Origin: Felis catus
Lineage: Eukaryota
Assembly (NCBI RefSeq): GCF_018350175.1
Contig: NC_058370.1
Coordinates: 6,634,001 to 6,698,000, forward strand
DNA: 64,000 nt
Direction: 5' to 3'
Below, one piece after another: positions 47,375 through 58,769 of this stretch; positions within the stretch are counted from its first letter, which is position 1; every line of letters begins with the position of its first letter. The notes beneath the pieces were generated by a model that was not told the origin of the DNA, did no database searches, and saw nothing but the letters and a program-made list of their open reading frames with translations. Position numbers and translations under genes: made by a program.

Positions 47375-48443
47375 TTACCACCCCTCCCTCCCCATATTTC
47401 TTGGATCTCACTTTTTGGGTAAGAGTTAGGGACGTGATTGACAATGAAGGGAGATCTTTCAGAACTTCTGCACCAGGAAAACATAATCAGTGGCAAGGGA
47501 CTCTGGGAGTAAGGGAGCCTTAAGTATTGGTACCCAGAGAGCGCCAGGTGCTCTGTGTTTGGGAGGATTTGGAGGAGTAACGAATTGGCCCCTGAAAGGT
47601 TGAGTCATTTAGCTCTGAGGTTGTCAAGGGCTTCCCGCTGAGATCCCCGGATCTCTAGTTACGGTGCCTGTCACCAGTGGCAGCCATCAACCCGGCCACC
47701 TGGCATCAGCCGCTAACGGCTTCGGCAGAGAGACTCATGGCTGCAGACAGAGCCCAGATGGGAATGGCGTCCTACAAGCTCCCCAGATCCGCTGCCTACC
47801 ATGAAAATGTTACATCTAAATAACCCCTTAATTAATCTCAAACCGAACTATCCCTGCTCCTTGTCTAGCTACTTCTACTCAGCCAAAACGTCACTTCCTC
47901 AGGGAAGCCTTTTTGGCATACCGCATGCTAACTGGAGGTCAAGGTCTCCAGGATAATGGACACTGCGGAGCTCCACCCACGTCCGGAAGGTTACTTCCAC
48001 TGCTCTGGGGGCCCCTCACTGGCCTCCTGGGCTTCTGCCCCCACTGCCTGCATCTGCACATCTCCACTGAAGGACCTCCTTTGGGCTACTGGGGCCATCT
48101 TGCCACAACCAGAGAGAACCAGGTCTGGGTTTGTGTCTCCCAGCGTGGCCCTTTGCCAAGGGCTGACAGGTGTGGGATTATGACAGTCTGGCTCGCTGGG
48201 GTCAGGTTGGGACAAATCTGAGTCCTCACTTACACTCCCGGTCCCCTGCAGGGCCAGGTGACTTTGCAGGAGGTGGACCCTATGGTTGGCCTCCTCCCCT
48301 TCCCTCTCCTGCTTCTTCCCAGCCTCTCTGGGGGCTGCTTTTTTAAATACATCACTTTCATGTCAAGACACCCCACCTCCAAGTCTCTGCTATTGTTCTC
48401 TTACCGCATGGACTCCTCCTCTGTAGTTCTTACCAGAACTTTA

Positions 48444-48639
48444 TTCTATTTTTTTAAAGTTTATTTATTTGGGGGGGGGGGTGGTGGTGTGCAGACAGAG
48501 GGAGAGAAAGGATCCTGAGCAGACTTTGTGCTGTCAGTGCAGAGCCTGGTGTGGGGCTTGAACTCACGAACCGTAAGGTTATGACCTGAGCTGAGATCAG
48601 GGGATAGATGCCTAACCAGCTGAGCCACTCAGACTCCCC
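48444..48639 (-). mobile_element. CanSINE, Fc3-like
   Basis: TSD cttaccagaacttta at 48429-48443 and 48640-48654. Confidence 0.9.
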
Positions 48640-48949
48640 CTTACCAGAACTTTAAATCCGATACTCATTTATCGAGTCCCCTCCAATAACACGTGAAACC
48701 CTCCATGAAGACAGAGGCCATCGTCCTACTGATCGCCAAATCTCCAGGGCCTGGCACAGGAAGTGTGACCTATTAGTATTTTATTAACAGTTATATGAAT
48801 GCTTGTCCTAACTGTCTCTTTAATAAACCATAAGCTATTTGAAGTTAGGACCCACGTGTGATGAACTTTATATTCTCTGCTTCGTCTTTCACTGCACTTT
48901 GCTGATGAGAGGTTAAGTCAGTGTTACTGAACGAATCAATGATAACTGA

Positions 48950-49150
48950 TTGCTAACTTTCACTGAGCACTTATTCAGTGGTAAGCTCCTCCCCTGTGCT
49001 ATGTCACTGGTCCCTACAGCAATCCTGTGATAGGGGGATGATGGGCTTAGTTTTACAGACTAGAAACGAGGTACAGAGGGCGTAGGTGACTGGCCCAGAG
49101 ACACACGGCTGGTCCACAGCACATCAGGAGCTTGACTTTGGTTTCTGCCG
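48950..49150 (-). mobile_element. MIR
   Basis: 'gctaac.ttcactgagcactta..acagcaatcctgtga..ttttacaga..agaaac.gagg.acagagg..gtgact.gccca'. Confidence 0.7.
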
Positions 49151-49454
49151 GATGTCAGGACTTCAAGTCCTGCTAACTTCCTTACGAGGAAGTCTGGATG
49201 GGGTGTTGGCTTATGTCATTTCCTCTTAAGCTGTTTGTTGTCAGTCAGACTCTTGGAGTGAGTGGGGCTTGGGAGGAGTTGGGTGGAGCGAACATCACAG
49301 CCCGTGGTTGTGCCCACGCTGCCCACGCTGGTGCTTTCTCTTCACCGCCCGGACAGTCACCATTGAAGGAGATTTGTCAGCACTAACTGCTCTCAGAACA
49401 GTGCCTTTATAGAAGCCAGTGAGGGCAAGACTCGAGCCACAGCTGCCATGCTGG

Positions 49455-49900
49455 GCATCAATGACGTGCATGTTTGCAAGTGACAGACACGAATTTGGAA
49501 TGTCCCCAGCAGTATGGCGGAATATATTGGTTCAAATGAATGGGAAAGACCCGCGACTGGTCCTCCTTCAGCCGTAGCTGGATCCATGCCACGAGGCCCC
49601 GATTTCTCTCCATCTTTTTGCTCTGCATTTCTCGGTAGGGTGTCACCCTCCACCGTCTTCACCCTCCTGCTGTCTGCAGCAGCGCCGGGCTGCAGCGCCT
49701 TTAATGCCCGCGGTCTCAGCGGGAACCACAGCCTTTCCTTCCCTTTCCTGGAATAAGAACTGCTGTTGGCCTGGTTGGGTCACCATGGGCCAATCACTGT
49801 GCTCCGATCAGAGGGCTCCTATTGGCCAGCCTGAGTCACGTGCCACCCCGGAAGAGGGAAGTAAACTTGTGATTGGACTGGGTCCACCACGTGGTAGAGG
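49455..49900 (-). mobile_element. Old MaLR LTR (MLT1K/L-like)
   Basis: 'ttgcaagtgacaga.ac..tatattggttca..cttcagcc.tagctggatcca..ctccatct..gctctgc..attggccagcctg.gtcacgtgcc'. Confidence 0.6.
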
Positions 49901-50441
49901 GACAGGTGTTGAAAGTAAAAGGGCTTTGCCACCGGGAGAAGGCAGTGAAGGATTCTGGGTAGACAAAGTGAGATACCTGCTGAGCACAACACCACGGTCT
50001 CCCTCAAGGTATTCTTTGTTTAGAACGTTCAGTCCACCAATTTGTAACTGAAAGAACCTCCCCTTTTAGATTTGATAAGTTTTGGCACGATGACAGGAAT
50101 CTTAACATCTTGGGATACCATATGTATCTTCAACTGATGACTAATGGCCAGTGATACTGTTCTTTGGAGAGATGTTTAATGATTCAGTCTGCAGCCTCCC
50201 CATTTAATTGTTTTCTCCATTTTTTTTATTGTAGTAAAATACACATAACATAAAATTTGTCATCCTAACTATTTGTAAGTGGACAGTTAAATGGCATTAA
50301 ATACATTCATAATGTTGGGTAACCATTGCCACCATCTATCTCCAGGACCCTTTTCATGTTGTAAAATGGAAACTATTAAGTTAAAACTTCCCACCCACCC
50401 CCCCTCCCTGGGACCCACCATTTTCCTTTCTGTCTCTATGA

Positions 50442-50510
50442 TTTTTTTTTTTTTTAAGTTTGTTCACCTATTTTGAGGGAGGGCGAGAGAGCACGAGCAG
50501 GGGGAGGGAC

Positions 50511-50571
<61 letters not shown>

Positions 50572-50674
50572 CCCAAGCAGGCTATACAAGGCTCAGTCTC
50601 AAGAACTGTGAGATCATGACCTGAGCCAAAATCAAGAGTCAGATGCTTAACCAACAGAGCCACCCAGGTGCCCC
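50442..50674 (-). mobile_element. CanSINE, Fc3-like, with an expanded (GA)n
   Basis: Body; flanked by tctgt(c/t)tcta. Confidence 0.9.
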
Positions 50675-51017
50675 TCTGTTTCTATATGATTTTGACTACT
50701 CTAAATGCCCCACGTGAGTGGTATTCTTTTGTGACTGGCTCGCTTCACTTAGCATAATGTTCTCGACAATCCATGTGGACTTGGTAGCATGTGTGAGAAT
50801 TTGCTTCCTTTTTAAGGCTGAGCAATATTCCATCGTATGGATACATCACATTTTGTGTATCTGTTTATCTATAATGGAATCTTGGGTTGCTTCTTACCTT
50901 TTGGCTATTGTGAAAAAGCTGCTGTCAGCATGAGTGCACGGATCTCTTTTGGAGACCTTGTTTGGAATTCTTTTGGGAATGTGTCCAAAAGTGGAATGGC
51001 TGTATCATATGGTAATT

Positions 51018-51238
51018 ATTTTTTTTTATGTTTTTTTTTTAAATTTATTTTTGAGAGAGAGAGAGGCAGAGCACGAGTGGGGGAGGGGCAGAGAGAGAGG
51101 GAGACACAGAATCCAAAGCAGGCTCCAGGCTCCGAGCTGTCAGCACAGAGCCTGACATGGGGCTTGAACTCGTGAACCGCAAGATCATGACCTGAGCTGA
51201 AGTCGGACACTTAATCGGCTGAGCCACCCAGGTGCCCC
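51018..51238 (-). mobile_element. CanSINE, SINEC_Fc2-like
   Basis: Body; flanked by tggtaatt. Confidence 0.93.
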
Positions 51239-51623
51239 TGGTAATTCTATTTTTAATTTTTTGAGGACACGCCTTACTGTTTTCCATAGCAGCTTACCAT
51301 TTTACCACCAACAGAGCTTAAAGGTTCCAATTTCTCCACATCCTTGCTAACACTTGTTATTTTCTTTCTTTTTTTTCCCTTATAGTAGCCCTCCTAATGA
51401 GTGTGAGGTGACCCATTTAATTTTTAATTTTAATTTTTGACAAGGTTATCCAGTCCTTTGTAGCCAAACAAAAAATGATGAAAACATCGTAGTGGAAAAA
51501 TATTTCTCCTGTCCTGATTCCCATGCTCTCCGAAAACAAAACTTGTAACTGCAGTTAATGAGTTTCTTGTTTATCCTTCATGTGCTGTTTCTATTCATCT
51601 AAATAAGAAAAATATTTATTTTC

Positions 51624-51783
51624 AGGGGCATCTGGGTGGCTCAGTCAGTTAAGGGTCTGACTTCAGCTCAGGTCCTGATCTCACAGCTTGTGAGTTTGAG
51701 CCCCACCTCGGGCTCTGTGCTGACAGCTCGGAACCTGGAGCCTGCTTGGGATTTTGTGTCTCCCTCTCTCTCTGCCCCTCTCC

Positions 51784-51823
<40 letters not shown>

Positions 51824-51845
51824 AATAAACATTAAAAAATATTTA
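51624..51845 (+). mobile_element. CanSINE, SINEC_Fc2-like
   Basis: TSD aaaatatttattt. Confidence 0.93.
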
Positions 51846-51867
51846 AAAATATTTATTTCCCTTTTTC

Positions 51868-52063
51868 ATATTTTAATTTTATTTACTTATTTTGAGAGAG
51901 ACAGAGACAGCATGAGTGGGGGAGGACTAGAGAGAGAATCACAAGCAGCCTCTACACTGTCAGTGCAGAGCCTCATGTAGGTCTCGAACTCACGTAACCA
52001 TGAAATCATGACCTGAGCCGAAACTGAGATGGACACTTAAACGACTGAGCCACCCAGGTGCCC
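51868..52063 (-). mobile_element. CanSINE, Fc3-like, tail-to-tail with the previous SINE
   Basis: TSD tttatttccc(c)ttttt. Confidence 0.9.
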
Positions 52064-53559
52064 TTTATTTCCCCTTTTTAAATGAAAAATGCCGTTCAAC
52101 TATACATACTGCGCTGTGCCTGCTTCTACGTCAATAAATATGGTTCCTTTTCTAGTTGAAGATGAAGTGCTCATCTGTTCCTTTTTTCCAGCTTTACGAT
52201 ACTCCATTGCCTGGCCGTGTCATGATTCATTTCACTAGGCCCCTAAAGATGGACACAGAGCTTGCTTATAGCTTGCTGTTACTGGAAATAACACTGTCCT
52301 GAATGACCTTAGGCATTCATTTCTTTGCACATGTGTGAGTGTGTAAGTAAACATATACACGTGCAAAAAAAATTCCTGGAAGTGGGCTTATTGAGTCAAG
52401 GGTCAGTGCGTTTGTGATTTTGATAGAAATTGCCAAAGACATCCGGAAAAAGGTTGCGCGAGTTTGGGTCCCCGGAGCCTCACTTGGTCGGCGAGAGACT
52501 GCCCGGCAGTGCCGGTTTTGTTTCCACTTCTCTTGCGTAGAAGCAGAGCAGCCCCTGGCCGTCTGCCTTCCCCTCCCAGCTCTTCGTGAGGACACCCTCT
52601 ATCACCATTCTGTGTAGCTGCCTTTGTGACTTGCGAGAGGGGCACAGAGCCTGCTAATGGAACCCATGGGGGACACTGAATTCAACACTTGTGCAAACAT
52701 GGAAATAACGAAAGCCAACCTAAAGATGCTAAGAGTGTGGTCAGGAAACTTACTAAAGGGAGCCGCCGCTTGGAATAGAAATGACTGATGAGGAAAATTG
52801 TTAGGCTGGAATAAGAATGGAAGATGGGGAGAGGGTGGCATTCCCGGGAAGAGCTCATGTTTTCCTGAGAAGGCAGGATGCTGCCCTTGGGCCTGGACCC
52901 AATTGACCCTGCAGGTGCTGAGAACCAGCCCCGCCTCCTTAGTAGCTGCCCGCTCTGTGCAGTGAGGCTTGGTTCTGGAGCGGGTTCTGGGTTAAATGAC
53001 ACGGTAGAGTGAAGACAGAATACGGCCAAGCCTCGTGGTTTATCCACGTGCCAGGAACCAAAAGCATAGCCTATGGGGCTCTCACGGGCCTGGACCCCCT
53101 AGTTCTGGGGGGTGGTGAGGAGTCCAGTGTTCCGGGTATGTGACAGAGGCCAGACCACTGTCAGGAAGCATTTCTATTTGAGATTTCTGGCACATTACCC
53201 AGAGAGATCCAGGGAGAGAGGAGTTGAGTTTCCAAAATTCTTATCATCTGTCCTGATTTCTTTTCTCATTTTAAATAAATATGCCCTTCTATACCTGCCA
53301 TCATGTACATAATTCTATATCCTTTTTCTAAAAGAGGGTCTCTGAAACTTACAGAGTCCCACAAAACTAAGCTTTGCACCTGAGGAATCACTATTATTAT
53401 AATGATCAGAAGGTTTAGGGAGAGGTGCCTGGTGTCCTAGTTTTTGAAAGCTTAGGTTACAGAAGTTAATAGCCAGCCAAAGGGATGCCTGGGCTTGACA
53501 AAGCTCTTTCCCCTCTATCCTTCCTCCCTCTCTCCATTCTTCCTCTCTGTGTCTTTCAC

Positions 53560-54110
53560 AAGCTTGCTGTTCCAGACTATGTTGTTCTATGTGCTGGGAC
53601 TATCAAATCCCTGCCCTCACGGATCTTGTACTGTAGTTGAGGCAACAGATGAGGAAGCAAAGCATAAATAATGTATTCCGTATGGCAAAGCAGAACAGGG
53701 AGATACGGGAGCAAGTTGGGGGCGGGGGAGGGGGGATACTTTAGGTTAGGTGACCCGTGGAAGCCTTTTTAAAGTGGTGGTATTTCAGCGGAGACCTGAA
53801 TGGTGAGTAGGAGCCAGTCCTGGAGATTGGAGAAGTGTTCCAGGCAGGGCAAGGGCAAGTTTTGAGGTGAGAGGGGCCTTGGCCTGTGTGAGCAACAGGT
53901 GGCAGCTGGGAGAGCAGGGACAGGGTTGACAAGGTGGAGGAAGGGGAGAAGGAGCGAGGGGAGGGGGGAAGGAGGAGGAGAAGGGGAGGGGGGAGAAGAG
54001 AGGGAAGGTCTGTGATGAATTTGGAGCTCCAGGCAGTGGCCATTTGATGGGGGGCTTTGTTTGCCATGGTCAGAAGTTTGGATTTCATTCCAGATATTAT
54101 GGACACTGTT
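53560..54110 (-). mobile_element. L2 3' region containing a polypurine tract
   Basis: 'atccctgccctcacgga.ctt..agacctgaatg.tgag.aggagccag..gtgttccaggcag..gccatggt.a.gaagtttggattt.attc'. Confidence 0.75.
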
Positions 54111-55544
54111 GCAGGATCTAAACTGTGGGACAGATACTTAAGAAAACGATTGTTTGTAGGGTTCCCTGTGAACAAGGGGGTGCCGAGTAACTCTATTTCC
54201 TTTCTTGTGCTATTTATGAAAGCAAAGACATTCTGTGGATATTGTGGATTATGTTCATGAAAGCATTTAATGAAATAACTTGTGATAGGTAGTAAAATCT
54301 TGAGCGGACTGTAATGTTTTGCAGCGAATTTGCACCTGTTTGGACAACAGATTGAGGTCAAGACCCAGCTGAGTTCAGAGAATCTCAGTTCTAGAGGGCT
54401 GATGCTGGAGAGGAAAGCTAATGAATTAGATGGTCAGATCTGAATGATAAAATGAAAATAAATGCATATTTCCCCTTTAAGACAATTCAGAAAAGTATTT
54501 ATGAAGTGTCGCTTTTTAAATTTCACTTTGTAGGTCTGTGCATATATAGTCAATTTCTACCTTACCTGGGATCTTAAAATAGCTATCTTTTTTTTTTTTT
54601 TTTGAAGGGAGAAAGTAGAAACAAAATTGGTTGAAAAGTATGCTTAGAAAGGAGACCCCAGGTGAGGCCAAAATGATACTGAATAAAGGCAATTTGTTCT
54701 TTAAGAACTATGCTTCTGGAATTGTAAACAAAATTAGTGTTGGTTATAAGCAAGAGAAACCAGTTTGGGTAACTTAAGCCAGACAGGATTTATTGGCAGT
54801 CTGCCCGGTGGTTCCCACAACGGAGGGAAGGCTAGAGCTGGGCTTGGCCAAGGCTGAGGCATTGGCTCTTGCTACCAGGATCCATGGAGAATCCTGTATG
54901 TGAACACGCTCTTTTTGGAGTTTCCAAAACCAGCTCTGAGAAACCTAGCTTGGGTTGTGGCCTGTTCTTGGCCAGGCAAGGGTGGAGCACATTTGAGATT
55001 CCATTTAACCCAATTGATCCAACGGGGGCAAGGTGATTCCTGCAGAGGAAGTTGGGGTACTTTCTCAAAGACAGCAGAATAAATTCTGGAAGGCAAAAAA
55101 AAAAAAGCCATTTGTAAGCATCCACAGACCACTTTCATATCGTGGCATCATCTACATTCTCTTTCTGCCTTCTCAGTAGTTATTTATTTACTTACTTAGT
55201 GTGCATTTTAATTGGAGATCTGGGAACCCTGAGCACTTGTGGAAATTCATAAGTGGAAGGAGAGAAACACATGTCCTTGTAGAGTCCTCTCTGGAGACCT
55301 TCATCTATGTGGAATTGAATGTCCATTCTGACGTGACCTGGGGGCAGAGTTTTGACGTCCACAGTGGCCTCTGGGCAGCTGCTTCTGAGGTTTGGGGAGG
55401 ACTGGAAGTCTATTCAGTGGCCCGCAAACATTTTTGTCTTTTTTTTAGCAAATCAGTTTTTTGCTACATCTTCAACGTCCTGAAAAGTTACACCCCTTAT
55501 TTTATAGCTAGAAGGCTGAGCCCCAGAGATGAACCTACCAGTCT

Positions 55545-55940
55545 GCTCTGCAGTCAGCTCCCCAGCACCACCTCACACGAGCTGGGTAACCTTAGGTAAG
55601 TCATGTCACCTACCTGAGCCTCGAGTTCCTGATCAGCGAAATAGGTATGATACTATCACTTTTCTCACTATGGGTCTATTTTGAGGGGTAATGGAGCAGT
55701 GCCTGGCAGAAGTGTATCAATATCAGCAGTGAAGGTGGGGTCAGAGCTCAGGCAGCTTATAGCATATAGTAGTTAAGATGACAGGATTTGAAATCAGACA
55801 CATCTGCTTTTCAAAACTGCTTCTTATCAAGAGTGTGAAATTGGTGTTCTGGCAGAGCGTACTTTGTGGCGGTATGGATATTAACATGAGATAACGAGGT
55901 GAAAGCACTAGCCCAGTGCCTGGCCCAAAGGCGCTGTCCA
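55545..55940 (+). mobile_element. MIR fragments
   Basis: 'agctgggtaacctta.gtaagtca..acct.cctgagcctc.agttcct' and 'gtgaaagcact..gcccagtgcctggc'. Confidence 0.6.
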
Positions 55941-56213
55941 TGGTGGTTTTGCATTGTTTTCGTTGCTTTTAGTTAGTGTGGAAGGTTAACAGTACAGTGT
56001 TATGAGGACTGAAAATTTAATATGGGCTGTTTTACTTCCAGAGAAGATGCTTGGGGAGAATTTTCTGTAGCTTCTTCATCGCTCTCTAAAGACTAGAAGA
56101 AACAGTACAGTGGAGGCAATTTGGGAATTCCAAATGTCTCTTTGATTTGTTTGCCCCTTCTTTTCCAGAAGGAAGAAAATAAAAGGCAGAAAGCCGAGGG
56201 GCCACTGTTGGGA

Positions 56214-56413
56214 GCAGGGTTGGCAGACTTTTTCTGTAGAGGGTAAGAGAGTGAATACTTTAGTGCTTGCGGGCTGGACAGTCTGTGTCCCAAGTATTGT
56301 ACTCTGACATGCCGGAGAGGATGCAGCCATTGGTAATTTGTAAACAAGTGAGTGTGGCTGTGTTCCAGTAAAACTGTATTTACAAAACAGATACTGGTTC
56401 AGGTTTGACCTGC
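56214..56413. mobile_element. MER58A
   Basis: 'cagggttggca.actttttctgta.aggg..gcagccat..taa..gtaaacaa.tgagtgtggctgtgttccagtaaaact.tatttacaaaa'. Confidence 0.88.
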
Positions 56414-56430
56414 TTTAGAAATTGAAAAAG

Positions 56431-56574
56431 AGGGGCGCCTGGGTGGCTCCGTCAGTGAAGCATCTGACTGTTGGTTTTGGCGCAGGTCATGATCTCATGG
56501 TTTCAGGAGTTCGAGCCCTGCGTTGGGCTCTGTGCTGGCAGAGCAGAGCCTGCTTGGGATTCTCTCTCTCTCTC
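56431..56574 (+). mobile_element. CanSINE, Fc3-like, lacking its tail
   Basis: 'ggggcgcctgggtggctc..ggagttcgagcc..gcctgcttgggattctctctc'. Confidence 0.85.
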
Positions 56575-58558
56575 GATAAATTATTGATGAGGAAACCTCT
56601 TAGGGTTTCATGGCATCAAACATTTTGTGGAAAAATCTGGTCGTTCCAACCACACTCAAGCGTGAGCTTCTGGCTTTTCTGATTTCGGGCCTGTGTTTAG
56701 TGTCAGTGGGTTATTCCAGTGTTAGTTTGGGGGAACTTCTGTCCTAGGTCCTGATGGTGAACTCTGGGCACACTTCAGGGCCTTCCAAGCCCTTCTCATC
56801 TCCCCAACCCCTTGAACCCTCCCTTCTTGGAGGTCACCAGATGTGACCCGTTGCTGCTTTGCTTTGGAGACGTGTGATGTCCTGGTAAGCCCCACACTTT
56901 GGCATTTTGTCCTGGCATTTTTGTCACGACTGCAGGGAGGGTGAATGCTGCCAGTCGGAAGATGGTTACCTTTGAGAGGAGAGAGCTTTGTAAGCTCTCG
57001 GGGCTGGTTGTGTCCAGATAATGGCTTACTCCAGTCTCCGGCTGTATTATGTTTACTTAACATTTGGGCTTCTGCCAGGTAATTTGCCTATAAGCTATGC
57101 ATAGAAGAAAGAAACCATCCATCTAAAGTATTCAGATTTTGGCCTTAATTAAAATGCAGAATAAATATGTAAAGGCTAAAGAGCATGAATTATAGATACC
57201 GAGGTTTCTATATTAAAGTCGGTTCTCATCTATAGAGGCGCATGTGTGTTTATGGCGGGGAGGTAGAGTATATACAAGTCAGCGGCGGGCAATATAATTA
57301 CGGCCGTGTGTGCTTAGCAAGATGGGAAGGATCTATTGTAGGAGAATGAATCCTGTCCACCTTTCTCATTTCACTGCCACTGCGGATTTTTTTTTTTTCC
57401 CACCTGAATTCTATAAAGGACTAATCCTGACCCTTGTTATTTAAATTGCTCTACCAGGGGTAGAAAAGCCGCCCTCAGCCTCTTAAAAAGCCAGCAAAGC
57501 TCTTTCTATTCATTGCTCCTCTCGAAAGTGGCTGGCTGGCGGGAGGATGGGGCGGGAACTTTCAGACCCTGAATGACAAGTCTTGGGTCTTAAACAAGGC
57601 CAGGCCAGAGCTCATTCACCTTGAAAGTGAGAGGCTCTGGGCTGTTCCATCAGTGGTCTCAGAGGGGGAGGAAGGAGCCCCAAAGAGATGAAACCAAGTA
57701 TCCAAGTACGCGGATGTCCTTCCTAGTAACTGGCAGGATAGATTAAGCGAAAGAATTTTGAGGTCGGGGTTACAGGTACGCCAGTTTCATTATTGCAACG
57801 TTTTTGTAACACTCACATTTTCCAAACTGGTATTAATGAGAGTTTACATCCACACATTGTTTTTAAAGCATAGCGTTGGGAAGAATCACGTTACTCAAGA
57901 ACTTCGAGAAACAAAAATGAATGAAATGTGAAACCAGCAATTTTGTTTTAATCAATAAGAGTAGAGGGAAGGTGGCTTTTTTAGCAGACAAAAAGAGCCA
58001 GCTTTCCTCAAAAGCATCGAAAGTTTCCAGGGCTTTAGTTTTCAAGGAAAATGATGCTTTGAAGAAAAAAAAAAAATCCCGGCGCCTTGAACTGAAAAGA
58101 AAGCATTATCAGCCTGCGACAAGGCGTCCGGATTCTACTTGAGTGATTCTGCCAGGACTTTGGGCGGTGTGGCTATTTGGGGTCACTCCAGCCTGAGTGA
58201 GAAGCTGCAAGTGTTCCCCGGGATTGGAAAGGGATCTGGTGGCGAGCAGCAGCTACACGTCCCCTTGGTCTCCGGCTGCACCTGCCAAAGCTGTGATGGA
58301 GATCGGGGACTCCTGTCCCTCTCACCCGGGCCATCTTGGACAAGCCTGCGTGAAATGGACCTGAAAATACGAGGAGGATGGGATCCACAAGGTAAAAACA
58401 GTAAATGAATAAAGCTCTGTCGTGGTGACAGGTTTTTTTCCTCCTTGTTTGAAGCAAAACGTCATAGCTGCTACAGGGAGAGATTTCCCCCAAACCTTGC
58501 AGATCCTGTAGCACCTCTGAAGCTGTGAGGGTATATGGAGCCCGTCCGACTACTACAC

Positions 58559-58769
58559 CAGGGGTCAGCAAACCACAGCCCACAGGCCAAGTGCGGCCTG
58601 CTAGCTGTCTTGTAAGACTCGGCATTCTTGGAACACAGCCGTGTGCATCCATTCGCAGTGTGCTATGGCGGCTTGAAAATCGGGTAGCTGTAAGCAGAGA
58701 CTGTGTGGTTTGCAGAGCCTAAAATATTTACTGCCTGGCCCTTTACGGAAAACGTTTGCTGGCCCCTTC
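58559..58769. mobile_element. MER58A, near full length
   Basis: 'caggggtcagcaaac.acagccc..ttggaacacagcc..gcctaaaatatttact..ctggccctttac.gaaaa.gtttgctg.cccct'. Confidence 0.9.

Larger units (their letters stand above)
50220..51410 (-). mobile_element. L1MB-like 3' end with two SINE insertions
   Basis: 'attgt.gtaaaatacacataacataaaattt..ggcattaa.tacattcataatgttg..ttttaaggctga..aatattccat.gtatg..ggttccaatttctccacatcctt'. Confidence 0.88.

Noticed and set aside
53741-54361. 206-aa ORF with a Pro/Leu/Ser-rich stretch
   Set aside because: Mostly a read of an L2 remnant plus the complement of the polypurine tract
54510-54570. Strong-looking + strand acceptor (ttcactttgtag) and minus-strand donor (CAGGTAAG)
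   Set aside because: Opposite strands with no convincing partner sites or reading frame; such motifs are common by chance
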